In this document: positions 47,518 to 58,526 of the stretch, one piece after another
Numbering within the stretch: position 1 is the first letter of the stretch
How the letters are laid out: each line of letters starts with the position of its first letter
Assembly: GCA_000146045.2 (NCBI GenBank)
Contig: BK006940.2
Span: 96,001-160,000, forward strand
Reading direction: 5' to 3'
DNA from: TPA_inf: Saccharomyces
Taxonomy: Eukaryota
Length of the DNA stretch: 64,000 nt
The notes under the pieces: model-generated
What the model was told of the DNA's origin: nothing
The model's database searches: none
The model's input: the letters and a program-made list of their open reading frames with translations, nothing else
Made by a program: the position numbers and the translations under genes

Positions 47518-48515
47518 ATCTATTACATTATGGGTGGTATGTTGGAATAAAAATCAACTATCATCTACTAACTAGTATTTACGTTACTAGTATATTATCA
47601 TATACGGTGTTAGAAGATGACGCAAATGATGAGAAATAGTCATCTAAATTAGTGGAAGCTGAAACGCAAGGATTGATAATGTAATAGGATCAATGAATAT
47701 TAACATATAAAATGATGATAATAATATTTATAGAATTGTGTAGAATTGCAGATTCCCTTTTATGGATTCCTAAATCCTCGAGGAGAACTTCTAGTATATC
47801 TACATACCTAATATTATTGCCTTATCAAAAATGGAATCCCAACAATTACATCAAAATCCACATTCTCTACAGTATACATATTATTATAGCCTTAATCAAC
47901 AATGGAATCCCAACAATTATCTCAAAATTCACCAATATCTCAGAGACTATATCTGAAACAAACAAAGACGTATAGTCCAAAGCAATATTCAAGGAAACTA
48001 CAAAGTGAGATTAGCTACGTAGAAATAGGAGAAAAAGTATAAATTTAAAGTTAAATTCAGATCTCAAATTCTCTTAATATTTGAAATAAATCCGCTGCGT
48101 GACAAATCCCGTGATGATCTCGGAATATTTATATGTTACCATTTATACTTATGGTAGAATTATACTCACTAATGAATGTACGGTTACTATTTGGAACAAG
48201 TGGTCATCAATTGCCATAGTAACATTTTGAATGCTTGCATCGTGCATGAATACATACCGCATATATGTTTAAGTATGAATATACCTGTTAAAGAAAGTAA
48301 TGAATCTGTATTGAAGAACCGTAGGTTTGACATGATCTGGTCGTTATATATACGCGTAATATGACTAGTCAAACTAAATGTATGACAAGTTCCAGAACTA
48401 CTATTACATTGATCATAAGTAATAATACACAAATCAGCGTGTGTTTTATACTTCTCTTATATAGTATAAGAAGATCCATATTTAATCTTCATTAACACTA
48501 CTTCTTAACCTCTAA

Positions 48516-48860
48516 TTACCAACGGGTCAATGTTAGGATAATTGTTGGCATTCCATTGTTATTAAAGGGAATCAAAGTATATTAAAAATTCTTCCCAAGG
48601 ATGTAATAACCTAAAAAAGGAAGCCCATATTTCTATATAATGTTATTAATATTTTCTTTTTCATATTATTGTCGCCACTCTTTATTCCATTACATTATCA
48701 AGTCTTGCATTTCGGCTTCCATTAAATTTGATGATTATTTCTCAGTCTTTGTGCCATCTACTCACACTCAATTTTAATATAGTGTTAATATGAATACTAA
48801 TCAATGAGCGATCATTGGTTCCATTACAATAACGTTGTGATCGGAACTTATTTTGAAGTT
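48516..48860 (-). mobile_element. Diverged solo LTR (delta- or tau-like), about 345 bp, minus orientation, immediately right of the Ty2 and delta composite.
   Basis: The reverse complement gives ...gattagtattcatattaacactatatta...ttaatggaagccgaaatgcaagacttgataatgtaatggaat...aacaatggaatgccaacaattatcctaacattgacccgttggtaa. This is collinear with the delta blocks tagtggaagctgaaacgcaaggattgataatgtaatagga and aacaatggaatcccaacaattatctcaacattcaccc. I am unsure of the family and of the exact boundaries. Confidence 0.5.
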
Positions 48861-49113
48861 ATTCCTGTCGACTGCCTGATGTCAGTATTGAGGCTGTTTG
48901 ATTATTTCTGAACATAATATCCTTTTCCTGTTACAAGTACATGCTGAACAAGAGATATATATTATGCTTTAAGATGGAGTATAATGGTTTTAGAATATTT
49001 TAAATTAAGTATGCATACACAAATAATCTACTTACTCACTATGATGCTACAAGATCATCCATTGGTTAAGAATGTTGAGTGATTCTACGAACAAGGTAAC
49101 TTTTTTTCCATAA

Positions 49114-50934
49114 TTATAAGTCGTCAAAATTGCCTTGGATAGCTTTGCTGGAAACTTTCTTCCGTTTATTCTGTAAAACGATTTCTTTCCAATCCTCTTT
49201 AATACGCTCTTCTTCAGCATTTTCATCGAGCTCTTCTGCTTTCAATTCTTCCTCTATAGCCTTCCTTTTTAAACTCATCTTTTCCTTTCTCTCGAGTTTC
49301 CGTTCTTTCGTCAATGTTTTATCTGACCACGCTAAATTCTTCTTCTTCAACTCACTTTTCAGCTTCTTTTTATCATTAATCAGGCTTATATTTTTTAATG
49401 TTTCTTGTCTCTCCTTTTCACGTTTTTTGTCCTTGTATTTATATTCATCCATATTAACTGGGGGATCGACCAACCAATTCCCTGGGAAAATCCCTTCTTG
49501 TTTTTCGGTGGCTAAGTACTTTGTTATCTCAGGCATTCTAGGCAGGCGGAAAAGACCATACAATTTCGCAATACCAACATAATCTAAAGATTGAAGCCTA
49601 AAAATTGAAGTTGCGGAATGATTTGAGTAGTATTTAATAAAGGCAACATATGCTTTAACACCTTTATCAAATCTATCCCTATCTTCTAGTATCCAATTTC
49701 TAAAGTCCTCGTAAAAGTTTGTTGTTATGCCCTTTACTTCCAAATCAAGTTCTTCAAGTTCCACATTTTTAACTTGCATGAAAGGAATAAAATCCTCTTC
49801 TCTGCCTTCATTAAGAAACGTAATTGCTTTACCCACTCTATTTGCTCTACCAGTTCTACCACATCTATGCATGAACATATCAGTATTGGTAGGGGGATCA
49901 AGCTGGATGACGAGATCAACGTCGGGTATGTCAATACCTCTAGCAGCCACATCTGTTGTGAATAAAACAGAATTACTTAGCGAATCAGTAAAAGCTGTTA
50001 GAGTTTTTGTCCTTGCCGATGTTTGAAGTTTTCCATGCAAGGAAAATATTTCTACTTCATTCACGAGAATATTCCTCTTTCCCAAATACTGGATAAATGA
50101 GTAGAAGTAGGAGACTGACACACATGTTGGAAAATATACAATACATTTCTTGAATTTGTAGTTATTCAAAATGCTAACCAAAAGTTGTAGTTTTTCGGCA
50201 GGATTTACGACACAGTAATTTAATTTCAAAGAGGAGGGCGCCTGGTTCTTAGAGTTAACGGTAATCCTGACAGGATTTCTAAGCCCTGTCTTAAAGATAT
50301 CTGATCCGGCGCTACGCATAGTTGCAGAAAATAGACCCGTCCTTCTTTGTTTAGGCAATAGCCTCAGAATTTTTTCGGTATCCTTAATAAAACTCATATC
50401 CAACAATCTGTCTGCTTCATCCATAACTACCATACTGCATGCTGACGTCTTTACTGCTGGCATTTGTAAAAAGTCCAAAACTCTACCAGGTGTTCCAATC
50501 AGAATCTGCGGTCTATTCCGCAGAAAATTACTTACATCATCTCTAACTGTGGCTTCATTAGTACCAACCAGGAGCTGACATTTAATAGGGAACAAGTCGG
50601 AAGGATAATGTTCCAGAAATGATAGAACGACAGACTCAATTTGGCGTGACAATTCTCTTGTTGGAGCAATAATTAACGAGTGGAAGTGTGCTTTCTTGAA
50701 TTTTGATGTATTCGCTTCTTCCTTTACAACTTTTTCTAGTACAGGTATAACAAACGCAGCGGTCTTACCTGAGCCTGTTACAGAATCAACTACTACATCC
50801 TTGTTGCCAGCAAGCATGGGAATTGTCGATGCTTGGACTGGAGTCATGGTCTCAAAACCCATAACATCGAGTCCTGTCCTTATCCAGGGAAGTAAAGAAA
50901 ACCCGAGATTATCCCATTCCAATGACTTTGACAT
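49114..50934 (-). CDS. SPB4: Nucleolar DEAD-box ATP-dependent RNA helicase for 60S ribosome biogenesis, 606 aa.
   Basis: Q motif TPVQ, Walker A GSGKT ([10 protein letters not shown]), DEAD (VMDEAD), [11 protein letters not shown], and a basic coiled-coil C-terminal tail. Confidence 0.95.
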
Positions 50935-51130
50935 TGTTTTTATTGCTGCTGAGCTTTTAATATTATCTTACTACACCTCAAATCAATGGGCTCAGCTCAT
51001 CTTGAAAAGCTCACTTTGTTTTTCAGTGAAAAATTTTTGAAAGCGAAAAGCCGGCTCAAAATAAAGAATAATATAGTATTCTCGAGGTGCCCACATGCAA
51101 TCTTTACTGCCCTACTATAACCTCCCTTGA

Positions 51131-52459
51131 ATGAGTAATTTCATTAGAAGGCTAGTTGGGAAAATGAAAGCGATTTCAACAGGTACCAATGCTATTGTTA
51201 GTAAGAAGGACTCCATTTACGCAAACTGGTCCAAAGAGCAGCTAATACGAAGGATCACTGAACTAGAAAACGCAAATAAGCCACATTCTGAAAAATTCCA
51301 GCACATCGAGGATAACAAAAAGCGCAAAATTTCGCAAGAAGAGGTTACGAGAAGCAAGGCGAAAAAGGCTCCGAAGAAGTTTGACTTTTCTAAACATAAT
51401 ACCAGGTTCATCGCCTTGAGATTTGCCTATTTGGGATGGAATTACAATGGCTTAGCTGTTCAGAAGGAATACACACCGTTGCCTACAGTAGAGGGTACCA
51501 TTTTGGAGGCCATGAATAAGTGTAAACTTGTTCCCTCGATGGTTTTACAAGACTATAAATTTAGCAGATGTGGCAGAACAGACAAGGGAGTTAGCGCCAT
51601 GAACCAAGTTATATCGTTAGAAGTCCGTTCCAATTTAACAGATGAGGAACAGCGGGATCCGACCAACGACAGCAGGGAAATACCCTATGTTCACGTTTTA
51701 AATCAATTACTACCCGACGATATTCGTATATCAGCTGTCTGCCTCAGACCGCCACCTAACTTTGACGCAAGATTCAGCTGTGTTCACCGGCACTATAAGT
51801 ACATCTTTAATGGAAAAAACCTTAATATTGAAAAAATGTCTAAAGCCGCATCATATTTTGTTGGAGAGAGAGACTTCAGGAATTTTTGTAAGCTTGATGG
51901 CTCAAAACAAATTACCAATTTTAAACGAACAATAATAAGCTCAAAAATTCTTCCCCTTTCTGAAACTTTCTATTGTTTTGATCTCGTTGGTTCAGCATTC
52001 CTATGGCACCAAGTTCGTTGCATGATGGCCATTCTTTTCTTAGTTGGTCAATCACTTGAAGTGCCGGAAATTGTCTTGCGTCTGACTGATATTGAGAAAA
52101 CCCCTCAAAGGCCTGTTTACGAAATGGCAAATGATATACCATTATTGTTATATGATTGTAAATTTCCTGAAATGGATTGGCAAGAACCTACTGTAGATGA
52201 CTATAAGGCAATAAAATTCACGACAGCTACTGAAGCATTGACGTTACACTACGAACTTAAGGCCGCAGTATGCAATATTTTTAAAGATGTTTTGCCCACA
52301 GCAAATACAAACAACTTCTCAAAGACAATTATTAATTTGGGCGATGGAAGAGGTAAAGTAGTCGGTACCTATGTGAAACTAGAGGATAGAAGCGTTATGG
52401 AACCTGTCGAAGTTGTTAATGCTAAATACTCCAAGAAAAAGAACAACAAAAATAAGTAA
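51131..52459 (+). CDS. DEG1: tRNA pseudouridine synthase (Pus3; psi38/39), TruA family, 442 aa.
   Basis: TruA-family fold with the catalytic RCGRTDKGVSA motif. It ends 50 bp from CDEI of the centromere. Confidence 0.93.
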   Translation: MSNFIRRLVGKMKAISTGTNAIVSKKDSIYANWSKEQLIRRITELENANKPHSEKFQHIEDNKKRKISQEEVTRSKAKKAPKKFDFSKHNTRFIALRFAYLGWNYNGLAVQKEYTPLPTVEGTILEAMNKCKLVPSMVLQDYKFSRCGRTDKGVSAMNQVISLEVRSNLTDEEQRDPTNDSREIPYVHVLNQLLPDDIRISAVCLRPPPNFDARFSCVHRHYKYIFNGKNLNIEKMSKAASYFVGERDFRNFCKLDGSKQITNFKRTIISSKILPLSETFYCFDLVGSAFLWHQVRCMMAILFLVGQSLEVPEIVLRLTDIEKTPQRPVYEMANDIPLLLYDCKFPEMDWQEPTVDDYKAIKFTTATEALTLHYELKAAVCNIFKDVLPTANTNNFSKTIINLGDGRGKVVGTYVKLEDRSVMEPVEVVNAKYSKKKNNKNK

Positions 52460-52509
52460 AATAATATATAAACCTGTATAATATAACCTTGAAGACTATA
52501 TTTCTTTTC

Positions 52510-52627
52510 ATCACGTGCTATAAAAATAATTATAATTTAAATTTTTTAATATAAATATATAAATTAAAAATAGAAAGTAAAAAAAGAAATTAAAGAAAAA
52601 ATAGTTTTTGTTTTCCGAAGATGTAAA
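52510..52627. other. CEN6: Point centromere CEN6. CDEI is ATCACGTG (52510-52517). CDEII is 85 bp of more than 90% A+T (52518-52602). CDEIII is agtttttgttttCCGAAgatgtaaaa (52603-52627).
   Basis: The tripartite structure is read directly: a Cbf1 site, an A/T-rich spacer of canonical length, and the CBF3 site with its invariant CCG core. It lies between DEG1 and LOC1, as in the reference. Confidence 0.93.
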
Positions 52628-53103
52628 ATAGGTTGAAAGTTAGAAATTAGTATTATAATAGCAAAAAAAATTTAAAGTTAGAAATTAGAATTTAAGGCTC
52701 TACACACGTTTACGATGATATTGGACGACCGACACGAAAAGACAGTTTTAGGCTTTCTTTTGTCTTGCTCTTGCGTTGAAAGTACGTAATTTCCATTCGA
52801 TTACTTACTCAACACTTGATATAGAGACCAACTATAAAATAAACTGTTTGGGAAGGAAAGCAGAACTCTTGTAATTACCTCATCTCATTATCAAGAAGCA
52901 AAATTTTAACTATGTATTTTGACCTTATTTTTGTACTCCACTTTTTTTTTTTAGTTTTTTTTAGTTATTTTTTAATTTTGAAGTAACGGCGATGAGGTGA
53001 AGTTTTTTTTAAACTGAAAAAGAAGATCGAATGCAAACCATAAATTAGAGATCTAATTGAGGTAAAATTATAAGGTTAGATATCTGTAAATCTATACAAT
53101 TAA

Positions 53104-53724
<621 letters not shown>

Positions 53725-54015
53725 TTTGATTGACTAAACTAAATACGGATAAGTCTGTTGTATAATATATAACATCCTGAAGGCAAAGTCTTTGTAAAGA
53801 TTGTGCTTTATAGAACGGTCAATATCGTCATGGCTGATGCTACTCTGTTCATCACTTCTCTTCTTTATCGAAGACCGGGTAATAATAAATATCCGAATTT
53901 TTTTCAAATTTTGAAAACTCACTCACGTCTTCCTAGAAGATTTCAAATGCATTAATTCATCAAAATTCAAAACTTAACAACACTTGTGAAGAAAAGTCAC
54001 AAAGAAGTAAACGAT

Positions 54016-56535
54016 ATGCTGGAGACGTTGCGCGGAAATAAGCTGCATTCTGGCACCTCAAAAGGCGCCAACAAAAAGTTGAATGAACTCTTGGAATCGT
54101 CCGACAATCTACCATCAGCATCCTCTGAATTAGGTTCAATTCAAGTAAGCATTAATGAATTGAGAAGACGTGTTTTTCAATTGAGAAGCAAGAACAAAGC
54201 TAGCAAGGACTATACTAAAGCCCACTATTTATTGGCTAACAGTGGCTTAAGCTTTGAAGATGTTGATGCTTTCATCAAAGACTTGCAGACGAATCAATTT
54301 TTGGAACCAAATCCACCAAAAATAATTGAAAGTGAGGAATTAGAATTCTATATAAGAACTAAAAAGGAAGAAAACATTTTGATGTCTATCGAACAGCTTT
54401 TAAATGGCGCTACAAAAGATTTTGATAATTTTATTAATCATAACTTAAATCTTGATTGGGCTCAGCATAAAAATGAAGTCATGAAAAATTTTGGCATCCT
54501 TATACAAGATAAGAAAACTGTAGATCACAAAAAATCCATCAGTTCTCTAGACCCTAAGCTTCCAAGCTGGGGTAATAAGGGCAATAACATTTTAAATAGC
54601 AACGAATCCAGATTGAATGTCAACGAAAATAATATCCTTAGGGAAAAGTTTGAAAATTATGCCAGAATTGTGTTTCAATTTAACAATAGTAGACAAGCAA
54701 ATGGAAATTTTGATATAGCCAACGAATTCATCTCAATATTATCTTCTGCGAACGGAACAAGAAACGCTCAATTGCTAGAGAGCTGGAAGATTCTCGAATC
54801 GATGAAAAGTAAGGATATTAATATTGTTGAAGTCGGGAAACAGTACCTGGAGCAACAGTTTTTACAATATACCGACAATTTATATAAGAAAAACATGAAT
54901 GAAGGATTGGCCACAAATGTCAATAAAATCAAGTCATTCATTGATACGAAGTTGAAGAAAGCAGACAAATCATGGAAGATTTCTAATTTAACTGTTATCA
55001 ATGGTGTTCCAATATGGGCCTTAATATTTTATCTTTTAAGAGCAGGTCTAATCAAGGAAGCATTGCAAGTTCTAGTGGAGAATAAGGCGAATATCAAAAA
55101 AGTAGAACAATCATTCCTTACTTATTTCAAAGCATATGCTTCTTCAAAGGACCACGGCCTACCAGTGGAATATTCCACCAAGCTTCATACAGAATACAAC
55201 CAACACATAAAAAGTTCACTAGATGGTGATCCTTATCGTCTAGCTGTCTACAAGTTGATCGGAAGATGCGACTTGAGTAGAAAGAACATTCCTGCAGTTA
55301 CTTTAAGCATTGAAGATTGGTTGTGGATGCATCTCATGTTGATCAAAGAAAAGGACGCGGAGAATGATCCTGTTTATGAAAGATATTCCTTAGAAGACTT
55401 CCAGAATATAATAATATCGTATGGACCATCTCGCTTCTCAAACTATTACTTACAGACCCTTTTGTTAAGTGGGCTCTATGGATTGGCTATTGACTATACT
55501 TATACATTTAGTGAAATGGATGCGGTGCATTTGGCAATAGGGCTAGCAAGCTTGAAGCTATTTAAGATTGATAGCTCAACGCGCTTGACCAAAAAACCCA
55601 AAAGGGATATCAGGTTCGCAAACATACTAGCTAATTATACCAAGTCCTTTAGGTATTCAGATCCTAGAGTTGCTGTCGAATATTTGGTTTTAATAACTCT
55701 AAATGAAGGACCTACCGATGTCGAGTTATGCCATGAGGCGTTGAGGGAGCTAGTATTGGAAACTAAGGAATTTACTGTTCTTTTGGGTAAAATTGGACGC
55801 GATGGAGCTAGAATTCCGGGGGTGATCGAAGAAAGACAACCTTTATTACACGTTCGTGATGAAAAGGAGTTTTTGCATACAATTACAGAACAAGCAGCAA
55901 GAAGGGCAGACGAAGACGGCAGAATATATGATAGTATATTACTGTACCAGCTTGCTGAAGAATATGACATAGTTATTACCCTCGTCAATAGTTTATTAAG
56001 TGATACACTTAGTGCGTCAGATTTAGATCAACCATTGGTTGGACCTGATGACAATAGCGAGACGAATCCTGTCTTGTTGGCTAGGAGGATGGCGTCCATA
56101 TATTTTGATAATGCTGGTATATCGAGACAGATTCATGTTAAAAACAAAGAAATTTGTATGCTGCTCTTAAATATCTCCTCTATCAGGGAGCTATATTTCA
56201 ATAAACAATGGCAAGAAACACTATCCCAAATGGAGTTATTGGATTTACTTCCTTTCTCAGACGAGCTATCTGCTAGAAAGAAAGCACAAGATTTCTCTAA
56301 TTTAGATGACAACATTGTGAAAAATATTCCAAATTTGTTGATTATCACTCTAAGCTGTATATCGAACATGATTCATATCTTGAACGAAAGTAAGTATCAA
56401 TCGTCCACAAAAGGTCAACAAATTGATTCCTTAAAAAATGTTGCGAGACAATGTATGATTTATGCTGGTATGATTCAATACAGAATGCCAAGGGAAACGT
56501 ACAGCACTTTAATTAATATAGACGTCTCTCTATGA
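54016..56535 (+). CDS. NIC96: Linker nucleoporin of the nuclear pore inner ring, 839 aa from the ATG at 54016. The ORF-track start at 53986 is a GTG.
   Basis: MLETLRGNKLHSGTSKGANKKLNELLES... matches the NIC96 N-terminus, and the rest is an alpha-helical scaffold. Positions 53986-53988 read gtg. Confidence 0.92.
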   Translation: MLETLRGNKLHSGTSKGANKKLNELLESSDNLPSASSELGSIQVSINELRRRVFQLRSKNKASKDYTKAHYLLANSGLSFEDVDAFIKDLQTNQFLEPNPPKIIESEELEFYIRTKKEENILMSIEQLLNGATKDFDNFINHNLNLDWAQHKNEVMKNFGILIQDKKTVDHKKSISSLDPKLPSWGNKGNNILNSNESRLNVNENNILREKFENYARIVFQFNNSRQANGNFDIANEFISILSSANGTRNAQLLESWKILESMKSKDINIVEVGKQYLEQQFLQYTDNLYKKNMNEGLATNVNKIKSFIDTKLKKADKSWKISNLTVINGVPIWALIFYLLRAGLIKEALQVLVENKANIKKVEQSFLTYFKAYASSKDHGLPVEYSTKLHTEYNQHIKSSLDGDPYRLAVYKLIGRCDLSRKNIPAVTLSIEDWLWMHLMLIKEKDAENDPVYERYSLEDFQNIIISYGPSRFSNYYLQTLLLSGLYGLAIDYTYTFSEMDAVHLAIGLASLKLFKIDSSTRLTKKPKRDIRFANILANYTKSFRYSDPRVAVEYLVLITLNEGPTDVELCHEALRELVLETKEFTVLLGKIGRDGARIPGVIEERQPLLHVRDEKEFLHTITEQAARRADEDGRIYDSILLYQLAEEYDIVITLVNSLLSDTLSASDLDQPLVGPDDNSETNPVLLARRMASIYFDNAGISRQIHVKNKEICMLLLNISSIRELYFNKQWQETLSQMELLDLLPFSDELSARKKAQDFSNLDDNIVKNIPNLLIITLSCISNMIHILNESKYQSSTKGQQIDSLKNVARQCMIYAGMIQYRMPRETYSTLINIDVSL

Positions 56536-56656
56536 TTTTTTTAAATATTGTATATTTTTGTTTATATCTATATATCAGTATGCGCGCATACTTAGTAAAA
56601 GTATAAAAAGCCATTTGCTGCTTCATCGAATATTTTGGCTTTCGTTGTACAAAGCC

Positions 56657-57124
56657 TCAGTCCTTCTTTTCCTGCTGTTTTCGCCTGTATTCAGAATAAT
56701 CTGGTTGGATTTCATAAGCATTGGGGCTATATGACCTTTTTTTCTCAAGTTTACGATGGCGCCTTTCCAATCTTCTTTGTCTACGTTCGTTAAAGTCAAG
56801 ATCCTTCTCATTCTCAGATTCTGAAGAAGAGGATCCGGAAGAAGAGGATCCATCATCATCTGAATGATGGTTGCACTCTTCTTCATCCTCATTTTGTGGA
56901 TGAAAAATGCAGCATATCTTGGTCTTTTTTTTATTCATGTTTTCATTGTCAATCACATTTTCTTCCCATCTTACATTGTGCCTTGTAGGCATTGCCTCCT
57001 GGCTTCTTGGAGGATCTTGAGTTGCTCGAAGCTGCAAAACTGCGGGAACCTCTTCCACACTCACCGTTCGGGACCCTACGGTCTGTTGTTGTTCTGATCC
57101 CATAGCCATTTGATTTCCACTCAT
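56657..57124 (-). CDS. YPI1: Regulatory subunit of type 1 protein phosphatase (inhibitor-3 homologue), 155 aa from the ATG at 57124. The ORF-track start at 57157 is a TTG.
   Basis: [14 protein letters not shown]...[12 protein letters not shown]...KICCIFHP, where RVxF-like VRW is the PP1-docking motif, and an acidic Ser-rich tail. Confidence 0.88.
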
Positions 57125-57392
57125 CCTTATAGACTTAATTGAAGACTTAGCTCGCAACTCCTGGCAGTTATAAGCTCTTGGGACCCTTGACTCGAATTGT
57201 TTCTAAATGATAAATACGGCCCCTTGTTTATACTGAAACGCACGTCGCTGATGATTTCGGACCTCCAAGGTGGCAAATTCACAAGAAAAGCCTTTAAGCT
57301 AAGAAACGGTTTATGACCAGTATTAATATTGAGAAAGAAAAATAGCAGGTGATAACACAATTAAGAGGACTTAACAAGAAAGACGAGACATA

Positions 57393-58313
57393 ATGGAACG
57401 ACTACAGAGATTGATGATGAATAGTAAGGTGGGGTCCGCGGACACCGGCCGTGACGATACGAAAGAAACTGTTTATATTTCTTCGATTGCGCTTTTAAAG
57501 ATGCTAAAGCATGGTAGAGCTGGTGTTCCCATGGAAGTCATGGGGTTGATGTTAGGTGAGTTTGTCGATGATTATACGGTTAACGTTGTGGACGTGTTTG
57601 CGATGCCTCAATCGGGTACCGGAGTTTCTGTTGAGGCTGTCGATGATGTTTTCCAAGCGAAGATGATGGACATGTTAAAACAAACGGGCAGAGACCAAAT
57701 GGTCGTTGGCTGGTACCACTCTCATCCAGGGTTTGGCTGTTGGCTATCTTCTGTTGATGTTAATACTCAAAAATCTTTTGAACAACTAAACAGCAGAGCT
57801 GTTGCTGTCGTTGTTGACCCTATTCAATCCGTTAAGGGAAAAGTTGTCATCGATGCTTTTAGATTGATTGACACGGGCGCATTGATAAATAACTTAGAGC
57901 CTAGACAAACAACCTCCAACACAGGCTTATTGAACAAGGCCAACATTCAAGCCTTAATTCACGGTCTGAATAGGCATTACTATTCTTTAAATATTGATTA
58001 TCATAAAACCGCGAAGGAAACCAAGATGTTAATGAACTTACATAAAGAACAGTGGCAATCAGGTCTTAAGATGTACGATTATGAAGAAAAAGAAGAATCA
58101 AATTTGGCTGCTACAAAGAGTATGGTTAAGATAGCCGAACAGTACTCTAAGAGAATAGAAGAGGAAAAGGAATTAACCGAAGAAGAACTTAAGACAAGAT
58201 ACGTTGGTAGGCAAGATCCAAAGAAGCACCTTTCCGAAACAGCAGATGAGACACTAGAGAACAATATTGTTTCTGTGCTGACGGCGGGTGTTAATTCAGT
58301 GGCAATTAAATAA
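57393..58313 (+). CDS. RPN11: JAMM/MPN+ metalloprotease deubiquitinase of the 19S proteasome lid, 306 aa.
   Basis: JAMM motif E...[14 protein letters not shown] (HxHx7Sx2D), preceded by MPN-domain sequence. Confidence 0.97.
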
Positions 58314-58526
58314 ACAAATTTTATAAAGTCATTATGCATTAAATAACTAGAAAGCCCACTACATATATATTATATTGTATTTTTCTAAAAATTCTAATGA
58401 AGTAGTTAATGGAATGAATGGGAAAGAGAAAACGCGTTAGGAGGGAAAAGGCTCCTTAAATAACAGTAAAAATGAAATGGCTACTGGTAGTCCCAGTGCC
58501 AATTTTTTTTTTTACTTTCTTTTCTT

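Larger units (their letters stand above)
41913..47871 (+). mobile_element. YFLWTy2-1: Full-length Ty2 LTR retrotransposon, 5959 bp. The 5' LTR is 41913-42244 and the 3' LTR is 47540-47871, each 332 bp. The target-site duplication is GTATA (41908-41912 and 47872-47876).
   Basis: Both LTRs run TGTTGGAATAAAAATCAACTATC...CATTCTCTACA and read identically by eye. The tRNA-iMet primer-binding site tggtagcgcc is at 42245-42254. The polypurine tract tgggtggta lies immediately before the 3' LTR. The TYA and TYB ORFs are intact. The element sits upstream of tN(GUU), which is transcribed divergently. Confidence 0.92.
41660..47942 (+). mobile_element. Older solo delta (Ty1-type LTR) split into two pieces, 41660-41912 and 47877-47942, by the Ty2 insertion.
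   Basis: Left piece: tctggaataaaaatccactatcatctatcaactaatag...cctcgaggagaacttctagcatattctgtata. Right piece: gtatacatattattatagccttaatcaacaatggaatcccaacaattatctcaaaattcaccaatatctca. Together they make about 320 bp of delta, plus the duplicated GTATA. Confidence 0.75.

Noticed and set aside
48176-48432. ORFs of 62 and 81 aa between the Ty2 and SPB4.
   Set aside because: They lie in the A/T-rich LTR-relic region. They have no motifs and overlap each other on opposite strands.
49130-51040. Plus-strand ORFs of 150 and 114 aa antisense to SPB4.
   Set aside because: They mirror the Lys/Glu/Ser-rich tail and the helicase core of SPB4. They are mirror ORFs caused by compositional bias.
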